Source: Azolla caroliniana (Eukaryota; Plantae; Polypodiophyta). From it: a stretch of 64,000 nucleotides of DNA. The stretch is taken from positions 3,782,001-3,846,000 of the forward strand of contig JBHGNT010000017.1 in the NCBI GenBank assembly GCA_043228905.1, written 5' to 3'. Below, piece by piece: positions 25,230 through 36,575 of the stretch (the first letter of the stretch is position 1; each line of letters opens with the position of its first letter). Under the pieces are notes generated by a model. That model saw nothing but the letters and a program-made list of their open reading frames with translations. It did no database searches and had not been told where the DNA came from. Made by a program: the position numbers and the translations under genes.

Positions 25230-28092
25230 CTTGTACGTCGAATCCCACTATACGACCCTTAGCCTTCGTCCAAGATATCCAGAATACTCTGCTCCAGGGT
25301 ATCCAATGGTTCTTCGGAACTCTGTTGTTGTTGCTGCTATGGCTGCAGTTGTTGCTCTGGCTCCTCCGACTGTTGCTCCTTAGATGGCGTCTGTAACGCT
25401 CCCGGTACCGGTGGTTGTGGCGGTGATTCCTCCGTTAGCTGCTCTGCCGGATTTGACTCCGGTTGACTCGCCCCGGCCTTGTCTCCGTCCGGTCCTTGCT
25501 TCGGCGATGGCTCCTCATCGTTGAGGTTGACGATCGCCGCCTGCTTTGCGTCTTCTTTCCGTAGCCTGGTCTGCTCATAGCTTTCAAACTGGATTTGAGC
25601 ATCTAGTCGATCATTGTCCAATTGTGCTACCAGTTGCCAGACCACTGCTGACTGCTCCTCCGCCAGAGTTACAAAATCTTCGGCTAACTCATCTCTTACA
25701 GTGGTGAAGTCCTCCTTTGTTAGCATGTAGTAGTCGTTGCCATCCTTCTGCCAGTTTTCCGCGTCCGCCCTTAGCAACTAGAGCTCCGTTGTGTCTTTTG
25801 CCCATTTGTCCCACCATTGTGCGGAGCTTTCGTCAATCAAGCGTTTTGTCTTGTTCCTCCATGCCTGGAAATGAACTGGATCCGCTCCAATCCCATCTTC
25901 GATTTGTCCTCCGCGGCTTGCCGTTCTTCCTTCAATTGCTTGATCAGCGCCACCGTGTCCGCCTCCTACTCCCGGTAATGTGACAATTGGTGTTGGTAGG
26001 TGTTCTGCAATCTCTACAATACCATTGTCGCTCTTTCCTTCTCTTCATAATGCTGCTTATGGAGCTCCAAACATTCTTGCGCGGCTTCCTCCAGTAGCGT
26101 GGTTCTTTCAGCCCGTTCCTCCGCTAGCGCCGTCTCCGCTCGATGCACCCCCTGCCGGAGCTCTGCTATCTTCTCCTGCTATTTCTTATGCTCCGTATCT
26201 AGGTGCTTGTAGTCCCGATGCAGGTGCTCGAAATCATCGGTCTTCAGCTTCAGCTTCTGGTCGAGTTGCTGGCGAGCGCAACCTTCCCGATCCTTCTGTT
26301 GACGGAGTTCTTCTTTAAGTCTTTCAATCTCCATTTCCGCCATCCGTCACAGCTTCTCCTTTTCTTGCAGCACTTTCTCTTTCTCCTCCTTAAGCCGGTC
26401 ATATGCTTGATGTCCTTTCCACAAATTGTCTTCTGCCCGGCGGAGGTTCTCAACAGTCTTCCTTTGTTCTTCTTCTGCCGCTTTCTTCAAATCCCTTTCT
26501 TGGGTGCGTAATGCTTCTTGTGCGGCCAGTTCATCTTTCAATTCAGCAAGCTCTTTTGCTTGCGCCGCCACTATCTCTGGGACTGGTTCCGTCTCCGGGG
26601 TCTTATTGCTATGTATAGGTACCGGTGTGTCTTTATTCTATACATCTACCGGAGTCACCGGTGCTTGGATCGGTGGTCCGGTTAAGGCCATTTTGGCCAA
26701 TTCTTCTGTGGCCAGGTCCAAGTCTTGTTCTAGGCTCCGGATCCTTGACCGGGCCGTCTCTAGTTCTTCGGTTGTGACGAGCAACCGGTCCATCTGCACT
26801 TTCTCTTCCACCTCTATGTAGTGCACTACTCTGGCAATCTGTTCTCCAATCCACCGGAGCCATTGGCTGCCGGTGCCCTGTTATTGCGTCTGCCTGGAGG
26901 GTTCGCTGTTGGTGTCCCTGGCTAGTGGTCAGTTTTGTCTGGTTGTGTCGAGCTGCAACCCTGTCTCTAGTTGGTGACCACTTTGCCGTTCTGGTTCCGG
27001 TTGCGGCTCCGTTGGCTGCTCCGCCTTTGATTGCTCTTGACTTGCCGGCGGGGTAGGCAACTGTACTTCTGGCGCTTGCATTTCGGGTCTTGCCATATTC
27101 AGACCCGCCAATATAGTTTGGTGTGCAAGGAGCTCTGTGACTGGTTCTATCCGAACCGGTTCCGGTTCCACCCTTGGTGCGGGATGGTCAGTGCGGGGTA
27201 GAGGCGTTCCATCCTTCTTTGGGTCTGAACGCTCCCCGGCTTGTTCGGAGGTGCTTGCCTTCTGGCACCGTTGGAGGTGCTCTAACGGTTCCTCCTCCGC
27301 TTCCTCCTCCCGAGTCCCGATGTTGATTTTTGCTGCCAAGGGGTCCAGCTCTTGTTGAACCGGTCGGTGAAGTCTGATCTTGATTGGCCGTGCTGATGGC
27401 TCCTTCTGCATTTCCGCCTGCCGCTTCCTATTGGCGTGCTCCTTTGTCGCCTGGTCCGTGTTGGCCGCCTTCCCTTTGGTTGCCTTAGAGGCCAACAACT
27501 GTTGCCGTTTCGAGGCCGTTTTCGGGGTGCCTTCGGTTGTTCTTCCCCGTTTTGTGGTTTTGACGGGCTCGATAGGTGGCGCCAATAGGGTGAGCCATTG
27601 CACTACTGCCGTCCATATCTTCCGACCCTCCTTGCCTCTTACAGAGTCGATGGTCGCACAGAGGCCATCTGCAATCAGTACCGGCCAGACCACCTTCACG
27701 CCTTCATATGTTGCTATGATTAAGTCGGCTTGGTTCTGAGGCATGCATGAGGGTCGAGGGTATACATGTCCAAATTCATGGAGCACACGGGCAATCTCTC
27801 GAAATAGGGGATCTTCGCCGCCCTGTGTCCGGTAAGCCTTGCTGGCTAGAGAGTATTCCCCAAAATATTTTCGAAGCTGCTCTGGGGTAGGGTTGTCGAT
27901 AGTGAAGATGCCCCCCTCCGGAAGGCCAATCAAAGCATGGATGGCCTCCTCCGTGATCAGTTCCGTGTCGATCTCCTTTACTATCTTCTCCGCCTCCCGG
28001 TGTGGTGGAGCCTCCATGATTGTGAGGAAACCTTGTAACCCGTGTTGCCTTAACCACTTCTTGGCTGCTTCAGAGAGTGCTTGGCAGTCCAT
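25230..28092 (-). pseudogene. G1 3' extra ORF (~900+ codons, disrupted): PMD-like N-terminal domain, low-complexity linker and coiled-coil
   Basis: ORFs 26929-28311, 26638-26826 and 26347-26571 share one frame separated by stops, and 25337-25777 follows after a frameshift. Motif 'LITEEAIHALIGLPEGG'; E/K/Q/R-rich heptad region. Confidence 0.7.
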
Positions 28093-28480
28093 GGCTTCTT
28101 CGAGGTCGGTGAGCGCTGGTGAGGGGTGTGTTTGAGGAGGCTCTTTGTGCGTGGGCTTGCGTCTGCTGATCTTCAATCGCCTGTGCTCATTTGTGCTCCT
28201 CTGTTCGCGAAATGTGAAGGTTTCCACGCAGTGGGAGTTTTCTTGCTGCATGTTGCCGCCTTTTTTTCTGACTCGCGCGTGTGCACGTCGTGTACTAAAA
28301 TAGACTGACATGCCATGTGGCGGCGGTTTAATATCCTATTAATAGCCCACTACGTACCTTTTCAAAGTGCCTGTTCACTCCTTGTTCTTGCATGTGTCCG
28401 TTCACCCCTCGCCCTTGCATGAGTTATGTTGATTTGATTGATTGATTGATTTATTATTTTTAAAGATAAAAATGGTTTGG

Positions 28481-31400
28481 TTAATTCGCATCCGGTCCCA
28501 TTGGACCCCTTTCCGGATTGTGGGACTTGCCGGCCGCTAGACTATTTGCCGTCGTGTCGTTCTTGTCGTTTGCCGGCTCGTGCTCCCTCTTACCGGCTTC
28601 GCGTTTGCCGATTGCTAAACGTGTTGCTATCTCTTCCGACTTACCGGTGTCCGGTTTTGTGTCAGTCTTTACTTGTTCAAATGGGTTTCTTGGCATGGGT
28701 CCATTGTATGGTTTGAGTTGGAACCCATTGACCCATTTACCCAGAACCTCGCCGGTGAGTGTCCCTAACTGGTAGGAACCGTTGAACTCATGCGTAATCC
28801 AGTATGGTCCAGTCCACCGAAACCATAGCTTCCCCGACATCTTTACCCATCCGGGTCTGGAATACTAGTATCGGCTTACCGATTCCGAACATCTTTTTGT
28901 TCCCTTTTCGGTGACGGTCCACGAACGCTTTCCTTCGCCACTGCTCAAGTTCTAGGTGCATGATGCTGGCTAGCCGATGTTCTTCCAATTCACACAACGC
29001 GGCTAACCGGATCGCTTTCGATTCCTTCTCATTTAGGCGTTCCCGAATCTGTGTTCGTAAACTCAGTACTTGAAACTCGATCGGCATCACTGCTTCTAAT
29101 CCGAATGCTAGGCGAAACAGTGTTGTGCGGATACTTGTCTTATATGCCGTTCGATAGGCCCAGAGTGCACTGTGTAGCTTTGTATCCCAATCCGTCCGGT
29201 TCTCATTGATGATTTTTCGAAGGATGTTCTGTAGTGTTTTATTTGTTGACTCAGCTAATCCGTTGGCTTGCGGATAATACGGAGTGATCCGTTTGTGCAC
29301 CACCGCATAGAATGTCGTCAAACTTTCCACTACTTGCCCTAAAAAGTGCCCACCTTGGTCACTTATTAGCTCTATCGGACATCCATACCGGCACCAGATG
29401 TTTTCATATAAAATTTTTGCCGTGGATGCCGCAGTGTTGTTGCGTAGTGCTTTGGCTTCCACCCATTTTGTGCAATAATCCATAGCAACAATCACGTACC
29501 GGTTGCCGGTTCTTATTGCCGGTGGTTTGAATGGACCGACAAAATCCAGCTCCCATTTCTGAAATGGTTCTAACGGTAGCACGGGCTGGTTAGGCATCCT
29601 GGCGTGTTTGGTTGGTTGGCCCATTCGCTAACATAGGTCGCATTCTTTAGCGTATCAGACTGCATCCTTCAATGTTGTTGGCCACCATAGTCCACTCTGC
29701 CATATTTTCCTTGCCGTAGCGTCTCCGGCATAATGTCCTCCAGCCACTCCGCAGTGTGCTTCACGCAATATTATATCATTTTCGTCGCTGCGCACTGCAC
29801 GCCGCAATATGCCATTTGCGCCTTTGTGGTACAATGTGTCCTGTAATAGACAGAAGTCCCGGCTTTGAACCGCTAAGCATTTCCTTTCGTCTCTGTTCAT
29901 CTCCTCCGGAGGTAAGCCGGTGCTCAGAAATTGGTGCATGTTGGTGAGCCACTTGTCTTCCTCTGCGACCGTACCATCCGTTGCCGTTTCTGCTGTAACT
30001 CTAAACAACTCTGCATCCGGAAAGTCGTCTGGGACGCCGTCGCCGGTTTTGCGGGAATCTAACTGGCTCAAATAGTCTGCTACCGCATGTTGTATGCCGG
30101 GTTGGTGGAATATCTCGAACTCAAATTCTTGTAATAGTAACGTCCACCGGGCCAGCTTACCAGTGAGTGATGCTTTGGACACCAAGTAGAGGAGCACCGA
30201 ATGATCAACGTGAAAGGAAAATTTCCTTCCCAATAGATAGTGTCTAAACTTGGTGACACTGTAGATCATACCCAAGGCCTCCCTTTCCGTTGTGGAATAA
30301 TTACGTTCTGCTTGGGACAGCTTCCGGCTGGCATAATACACTGGCCGGTACCATTTCGGTTCTGTAAGTTGCATAAGCGCGCTCTCGATTGCGATGTCGG
30401 ACGTGTCAATGAACACATGGAATTCCTTAGACCAATCCGGAGGTTGCACCACCGGCGCTTGTGACAACAATACTTTTAGTGCCTGGTAAGCTTGGTCCTC
30501 TGTGTCCATCCATCGGAACGGTGTCCGATGTACCGCGGCATGCAATGGTGTAGCCAGGTCCGCCAGATACTGGAGCATTCGGCTATGCCACCGAATTTGT
30601 CCTAAAAACCGGCTTAGTGCCTTTGCCATGGCTGGTGCCGGTGCCTCCAGGATTTCTTTTACTTTGTCCGGATCCACTACGATACCGTCCTTGCTCACTA
30701 TGTGGCCCAGTAATGCTCCGCTGGTTACTCCGAACACGCATTTTGCTGGGTTAAGGCTTAGCCGGTAAACCCTACATTTCTCCAAACATAGTCGGAGGTG
30801 CTGAAGGTGATCCCCTTCCCGGCTATAAACAACGAAGTCGTCCAAGAACACCTGCATGAATGCCGGAATGAATTCTCCGAAAATCTCCATGATGATCCGT
30901 TGGAAGGTTGCTGGCGCCGTTTTCAGTCCGAACATCATAACTATGGCAACAAAGACTCCCCATTCGATGACAAAAACGGTTTTCTCCTGGTCTTTGGGGT
31001 GCATCCGGATCTGATTATAGCCGCTGAAACCGTCCAAAAAACTATACACCTCATGACCGGCAACCACATCCAAGACTCCATCCGTGAATGGAAGTGGGAA
31101 GGCGTCCGTTACCGTAGCCGCATTTAATTTCCGGTAGTCGACGCAAACTCTTATCTTACCGTTCTTTTTCAGTACTATGACTATCGGAGTGAGCCATGTG
31201 GCTTTCTTTACCGCTCGGATGAAGCCAACCCTTAGCAACTTGTCGATTTCTTCTTTGACTTTTACTGCGTAATTTGGGTTCATTCGGTAACGCCGTTGCG
31301 CTACCGGTTTGGCATCTTTACTCAGATGTATCTGGTGTTGATACAACTAAGGATCAAGTCCCCGCATGTCCTCATAGGACCAAGTGAACACATTGTGAAA

Positions 31401-32525
31401 TTCTTTTAGGAGTGTGATCATTGCCGTTTTGTTCGCCGGGGTCATTTCCTTGGCGATGTTCACCGGTCTTGCATCCTCTGTGGTACCTAGGTTTACCTCT
31501 TCTAGTTGGGATGCTTTCACGCGCTGCGACACTGCCATTTCTCTTTCCAGTGCCTCCTATGCTTGCCGTAATTCCCGGATTGCTTCTTTATCCAGTTCCT
31601 CGTCGGCCCTGTCCGGTTGCAGTATGTACGGTGATACTGCTTCGACTACATCAATCTCGAACAGAGGTACAATCTTCGGATTTTCCTGTAAGTATTGATC
31701 GACCTCTTCGTCCGCCAATCCTTCCAGCATGTTGACACATTCCGCACATTGCGGCGTCGATTCCTTGCTGGTACCGGACCGTGGTTGAGTCGGTACTCGC
31801 ACTTTCGCTTTTCCACGCCGGAACGTAATGATATTCTTCCTCCAGTTTTGCTTGATGTGTGCTGTTTTTAACCAAGGATGTCCCAACAATAGTGGGTAAG
31901 CTCCCTGAAATGCGAAATGCGAAATGCGAAATGCGTGACCCCCGATGGTCACTTCCAGATCACGTATTAATCCGGTCGGCCGTACTGAGCTTGTGTCCGC
32001 CATCCGAAGCCAAAACAGGCATGGTTCCCAGCCATGGATTCCTAGAGTGTTACACGTTCTGAGACTGATCACGTTCACGCCGGATCCCCCATCGATAATT
32101 GTGTTGGGTAGCTCTTTTCCTTTCACGATGGCTGTGATTGCTGGACTGCTCGTGTCTACCACTGCCAGTCCTTCCTCCAGATTTGAAAAGAATGCCGGAG
32201 CCGGTGGTGTGTCGGCTGTTGTCCTTCCTGTCTTTAGTCCTTCCATGAAGCGTGATACCAGTTGCAATAGCCGGCCTAACGGCAACGTTATTTGGCATTC
32301 TTGTAACGCCTGCCATGTTGGGTTTGCGGGCTGCCCCGGGCCGGTGAGCTCTTCGGCATTCTCCTTTTGTTGTTCGAGCTCTGCCGCATTCTGCTCGTTT
32401 GCCTTCTTCACCCATTCGGTTGCCTGCTTCCGGATGGCTTCTTGAGTTTCCCACTCTGTGGCTTTGCCTTTTGATCTTGTAGTGACTTGTTGTATGTCCA
32501 TGACTTCCGTGTCTACCATGTTCAC
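28481..32525 (-). pseudogene. G1 pol: protease, RT, RNase H, integrase (stops and frameshifts)
   Basis: PR 'IIDGGSGVN'; RT 'RVCVDYRKLN...FLDGFSGYNQI...VFLDDF'; RH 'NYSTTEREALG'; INT 'AHCGVAGGH...LDFVGP...ISDQG...YYPQANG' and 'WTGPY'. No additional archaeal-type RNase H and no chromodomain seen. Confidence 0.92.
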
Positions 32526-33943
32526 CGCCGGTCGCTTGTCGTAGCTCTTCGCCGGACATTGGTTACTATAGTGGCCTTCTTGCCGGCAATAATAGCAGTA
32601 TGCCTTCCAGGTGTTGCTGGATTCGGCGTTTGTGCTTGGTTGAGGTCTTGTGGTAAGGGCTTGGTTTTGGTCCGGTTGGTTGATTGGAGCGCCCTTTTCT
32701 GGTTCCCATGGATGACCACCCTTTTTGTTGAAATGATGTTTCTTGTTGAAATTCTTTTTGTTTCGGTAACCTTGACGGTGTTGGTCGTCATACTTGCCAT
32801 AGTTGTCCCGACGTGGTTGTAACCAAGGGAGTGATCCTGGTTGTATCTCTCGTACCGTCCATTATAGTCCCGATATCTATCCTGTCTGTCATCCGGTCAT
32901 AAGCGTCTCTTCGATCGCTGTACCGGACATCTTGTGCCGGCCAGTAGCGTTCCTCTCACCGCCCACGTTCTTCTTCTTCCTCCCGGTTGCTTTGTGGTTC
33001 AATTTGCTGAACCGGTGGTGCTTGCCGATTTAACAAGTTATACTCACACCGTTCCATTGTGTGACTTTTGGAGTGGCAGAGCAAGCATTGGGAACGCATG
33101 GTGCATTCCAATGCCGAATATCCGACATTCAGGCATGTCGTACATTGAACTGCTTGCTGGAAATGGAGGTCCTCATCTGTCGGTAGTGCACGCTGAAGTG
33201 CGCCCATGGTTAGCCATGAACTTGAGTTTTCCATTTCCCAAACTTAGTCGATCACTTGATCTATGCTGTTGGTGTGGAAATCAATGACGGTGCACACCGT
33301 TCGTAAGGGTTCCCGGAGTGCTGCTAAGAATATGGCCTTTGTTTCTTCCTCCGGTGGTGTCCGGCTAAGCTGACTGTGGATACACTAGAACCGGATGACA
33401 AACTGTTAAATGTTCTCTGTTGGTTCCTGCCGGATACTGTAAAATAAGCCTACCATTTCCCGTTGGTCCATCTCCTTGTGAAAGAAATGCAAATTTTTTG
33501 TCTTTAATGTTTCAAACGTGGGGATGGTGCTGGGATCTTGTGTTCGGTGCCATCTGGCGGCCGGTCCTTCCAGGGTCATACCGAACTCTGCCCTTTTTGA
33601 GCGTTCCTCTTCAGCCACATTTAAACGTTGAGACACATGGTTTGCCTCCCAGGTCTGTTGAAATGCATGGACGTGAGCTTCCGCGTTCGGATCATCCCGG
33701 TATCTGGGATATTGGAACGACATATTGTCGTCTAGTGTCGGTACGTGGGCTGGTGGTGTCGGTGGTCGTTCCTCCTCATCTGTCCGTGCCGAAGGTCTTT
33801 CCCGGTCCTCTGTCGCTGTCGGAGGTCTTTCTTGCTCCTCTTTCGGTGTTGGAGGCTTCTCCTCCTCGACTTCCGGTGTCAGAGGTCTCTCTTCCTCGAC
33901 TTCTGGTTCCGGAGTGTGGTCGACTTCCGTTGCCGGAGGTTCT
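32500..33943 (-). pseudogene. G1 gag, distal part (continues from 47527-47929)
   Basis: 'FQYPRY.DD...EAHVHAF...FGMTLEGPAARW' is a retrotransposon gag motif. Zinc-knuckle-like CTTCLNVGYSALEC and CLLCHSKSHTMERC. Degenerate 30-bp repeats at ~33790-33940. Confidence 0.8.
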
Positions 33944-34007
33944 TGTTGGGAGACAGGTCCCTCCGGATGGGAAGGGAGAAGAACAGTGCTGATGAACAGT
34001 GCCGATG

Positions 34008-34235
34008 AAACCGGATGAGGAGTACCCGACTACGGAGAGCCAGATGGTCCAGACCCGGTATGAACCGAACGAGGAGTACCCGACTACGGAGAGCCAGATG
34101 GTCCAGACCCGGTATGAACCGGATGAGGAGTACCCGGCTACGGAGAACCGGATGGTGCAGACCTGGTATGAACCGAATGAGGAGTACTTGGCTACGGAGA
34201 GCCGGATGGTGCAGACCCGGTATGAACCGGATGAA
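34008..34235 (+). repeat. 54-bp x4 tandem repeat in the C1 5' LTR U3 (one unit in the 3' LTR)
   Basis: Unit aaccggatgaggagtacccgactacggagagccagatggtccagacccggtatg. Confidence 0.9.
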
Positions 34236-35575
34236 GAGACATATTCGTAAATATGTTTCTGAGAGTCCATCGAGGCTATATTTGTAAATAGCCGAAAAGT
34301 CATATTAGTATAAATATGACTTAGGGCAAACTTTTAGGAACTGTTGTTATTATTATTTCTTGTCTGCGTGAGATCACAACACGTAACAATGTACAGAGAG
34401 AGAGAGAGAGAGAGAAAGAGGTCGTTGCCTCTGTTGTAACCGCCGCCTGTGGCGAAGATCGTGAGCACGAGGTCGTTGCCTCCGTGAACTCATTGTTTTG
34501 TACATTCCAACATAGTGATAGTTAGCAGCCTGTGGGCTGCCGTGGTTTTTCCCTTTAGTTTGGGTTTTCCACGTAAACATCCTGTGCACCTTTTCTCTCC
34601 TTTGTGTCGTGTTTTTTTTTCGTTTCCTGTTTTCGGTGTATGATTCTAAGCTCGGTTGTGGCCGAGCGTTGTGCATAAGGAGCCTTGAGTTCCCGACAAG
34701 TGGTATCAGAGCCAAACGACACAGAAATATGGACGAATCGTTTGGCGGCATGTTCAAGCTCACCGGCTCCAACTATTCGGTATGGAAGTCGAAGATGAGG
34801 GACATGCTCGTGGTTAAAGACCTCTGGCTGCCGGTTTAGTACGGGGACAAGAGACCGGACAAAATTGACGCCACGATATGGGAGGTGATGCACATGAAGA
34901 CAACAACGTACATACGGTGCTTCATTGACATGAGCCTGTGCAACAACTTCAATGAAGAGAGCAAGAATCATGAGCTCTGGGAGAAGATCGGCATAATGTT
35001 TCAGAACAAAAATGTTGTTAATCAGGTGTCGGTATTCCGGAAGCTAGTAAGACTCCGGTACCAAGATGGCTCCAACATGGCGGAGCACATGAATGCCTTC
35101 CAAGGGTTGATCCACCAGGCAACTTCATTGGAAGTACCTCTCGCGGATGAGGTACTAGCGTTACTCCTGCTTGGTTCCCTCCCGGATAGCTGGGAGACGT
35201 TGGTTGTCACTTTGGGCAACGCCGGACCGGAAGGAAAGCGGTTATCCCTAGCAATAGTAAAGTCGAGCTTGCTAGATGAGGAGGCGCGTCGGAAGGATAA
35301 AGATACGAGCTCCGACTCCAAAGCACTCCTTAGCGAATCAGAACGCGGAAGAAATAGAAACCGTAGTCCCCAGAACCGGGAGAAGTCGGGGACACGGTCA
35401 AAGTCAAGGGGGAGGCCCACTTGCTTCTATTGCGGCAAGCCGGGACACTTCCAAAAGAACTGTCGGCAATTCCGAAAAGATAAGGAGACCGACGGTACCG
35501 ATTCGAAGCGGATCCCGGACCGGAACGGTAAAGACCGGAGGGGGCCGGACCGGAAGGGAACGACGACTATCATGG

Positions 35576-36575
35576 TGTCGTGAAGATTTTCGGCAATAGT
35601 GTGAAAATCCTATAAAACGTACGAAATCGAGTATGAATCACGTAGTACAATAATTGTGAAGATAACATTTTAAATAGATTTAATATCTAAGTACAAAATG
35701 ATGGAGGTTTCGAATGCACTTTATTACACGAGAAACGGACAACTAAGTGTCAAGATATAAGGGTATAAAGTTTGTAAAAGGAAAGGAGAAAATTGTGAGA
35801 TATCCCACATAGGCACGGCAAATACAACTCTCATCATATATAAGGTGGAGCAAAAGATATTATCTTTGTGTCTATGTGTGGAGCATAGAGAGTTCAAGGT
35901 AACTTGAACTAAGAGTGGAGGTGGGCTAGCTACTCGTAAAGGGTTTTGACCAACCAAAATCGGACCGGCGATGGAGTCGATGATCCGGCGGCATCCGGCG
36001 AGGCACCGGTAACCGATGGCATCCGGCGGCGGCACCGGTTTCCGGCGACGGCATCCGGCGACTAGATAAATAAATATATAAATATATATACATATTTACA
36101 TATACAAGGAGGGCAAGTAAGGATTCGAACCTTGCACCTCCAAGTTAAGAGTCAAATGGCTTACCATTAAGCCATGCTATTTAGTTGAAATTATATTTCT
36201 ATCATTGTACTTTTACATGTAAATTCTCATACATGAGAACTAAAATGAGTGACATGGTTATCATGCACCACATGTAATACATAAGCGCCAAATGGCAAAC
36301 GTGCAATTTATGCATGTCTTGTACCCTCACATGCATCATATGCATGAGAGCATCTATAAAAGAGGGAAGGGGGAGGAGAAAAAACACGGTATTTTTTATG
36401 AAAATTAAGAGGAAGAAATTCGTTTTCAAATCAATCGTGTAATCTCAACTTCTCTCTTTCCCAATCTATCTTAAGTACTTTCTCGCCAAAGCTTGTATCG
36501 ACTCTAAATCCTTCTGGTCCAGAACCCCGGCAGTTCCGCCTCACGATCCGCGCGTAGTGACGGATTTTCACGACA
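35576..36575 (+). mobile_element. Solo LTR A (1,000 bp) of a G2-related family
   Basis: Termini TGTCGTGAAGA...TTCACGACA. TATA ctataaa at ~36354. 4-bp TSD: GCGG on the right, decayed ATGG on the left. Removal restores the C1 frame 'TTI-A-ASEEE'. Confidence 0.85.
36111..36178 (-). other. tRNA-like cassette (A box, Lys-CTT-like loop, B box) inside solo LTR A
   Basis: Minus strand gcatGGCTTAATGGTAAGCCatttgaCTCTTAActtggaggtgcaaGGTTCGAATCCtta. The acceptor and anticodon stems are degenerate, so this is not a functional tRNA. Confidence 0.7.

Noticed and set aside
33985-34015. CTGATGA...GAAA resembling a hammerhead ribozyme core in the C1 LTR
   Set aside because: There is no pairable stem II. It arises from a 13-bp duplication absent from the 3' LTR.
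34008-34235. 54-bp and 122-bp repeats as CRISPR-like arrays
   Set aside because: They are head-to-tail tandem units with no unique spacers, in a eukaryotic context.
36111-36178. Functional tRNA-Lys gene
   Set aside because: The acceptor and anticodon stems do not pair, so it is reported only as a tRNA-like cassette.
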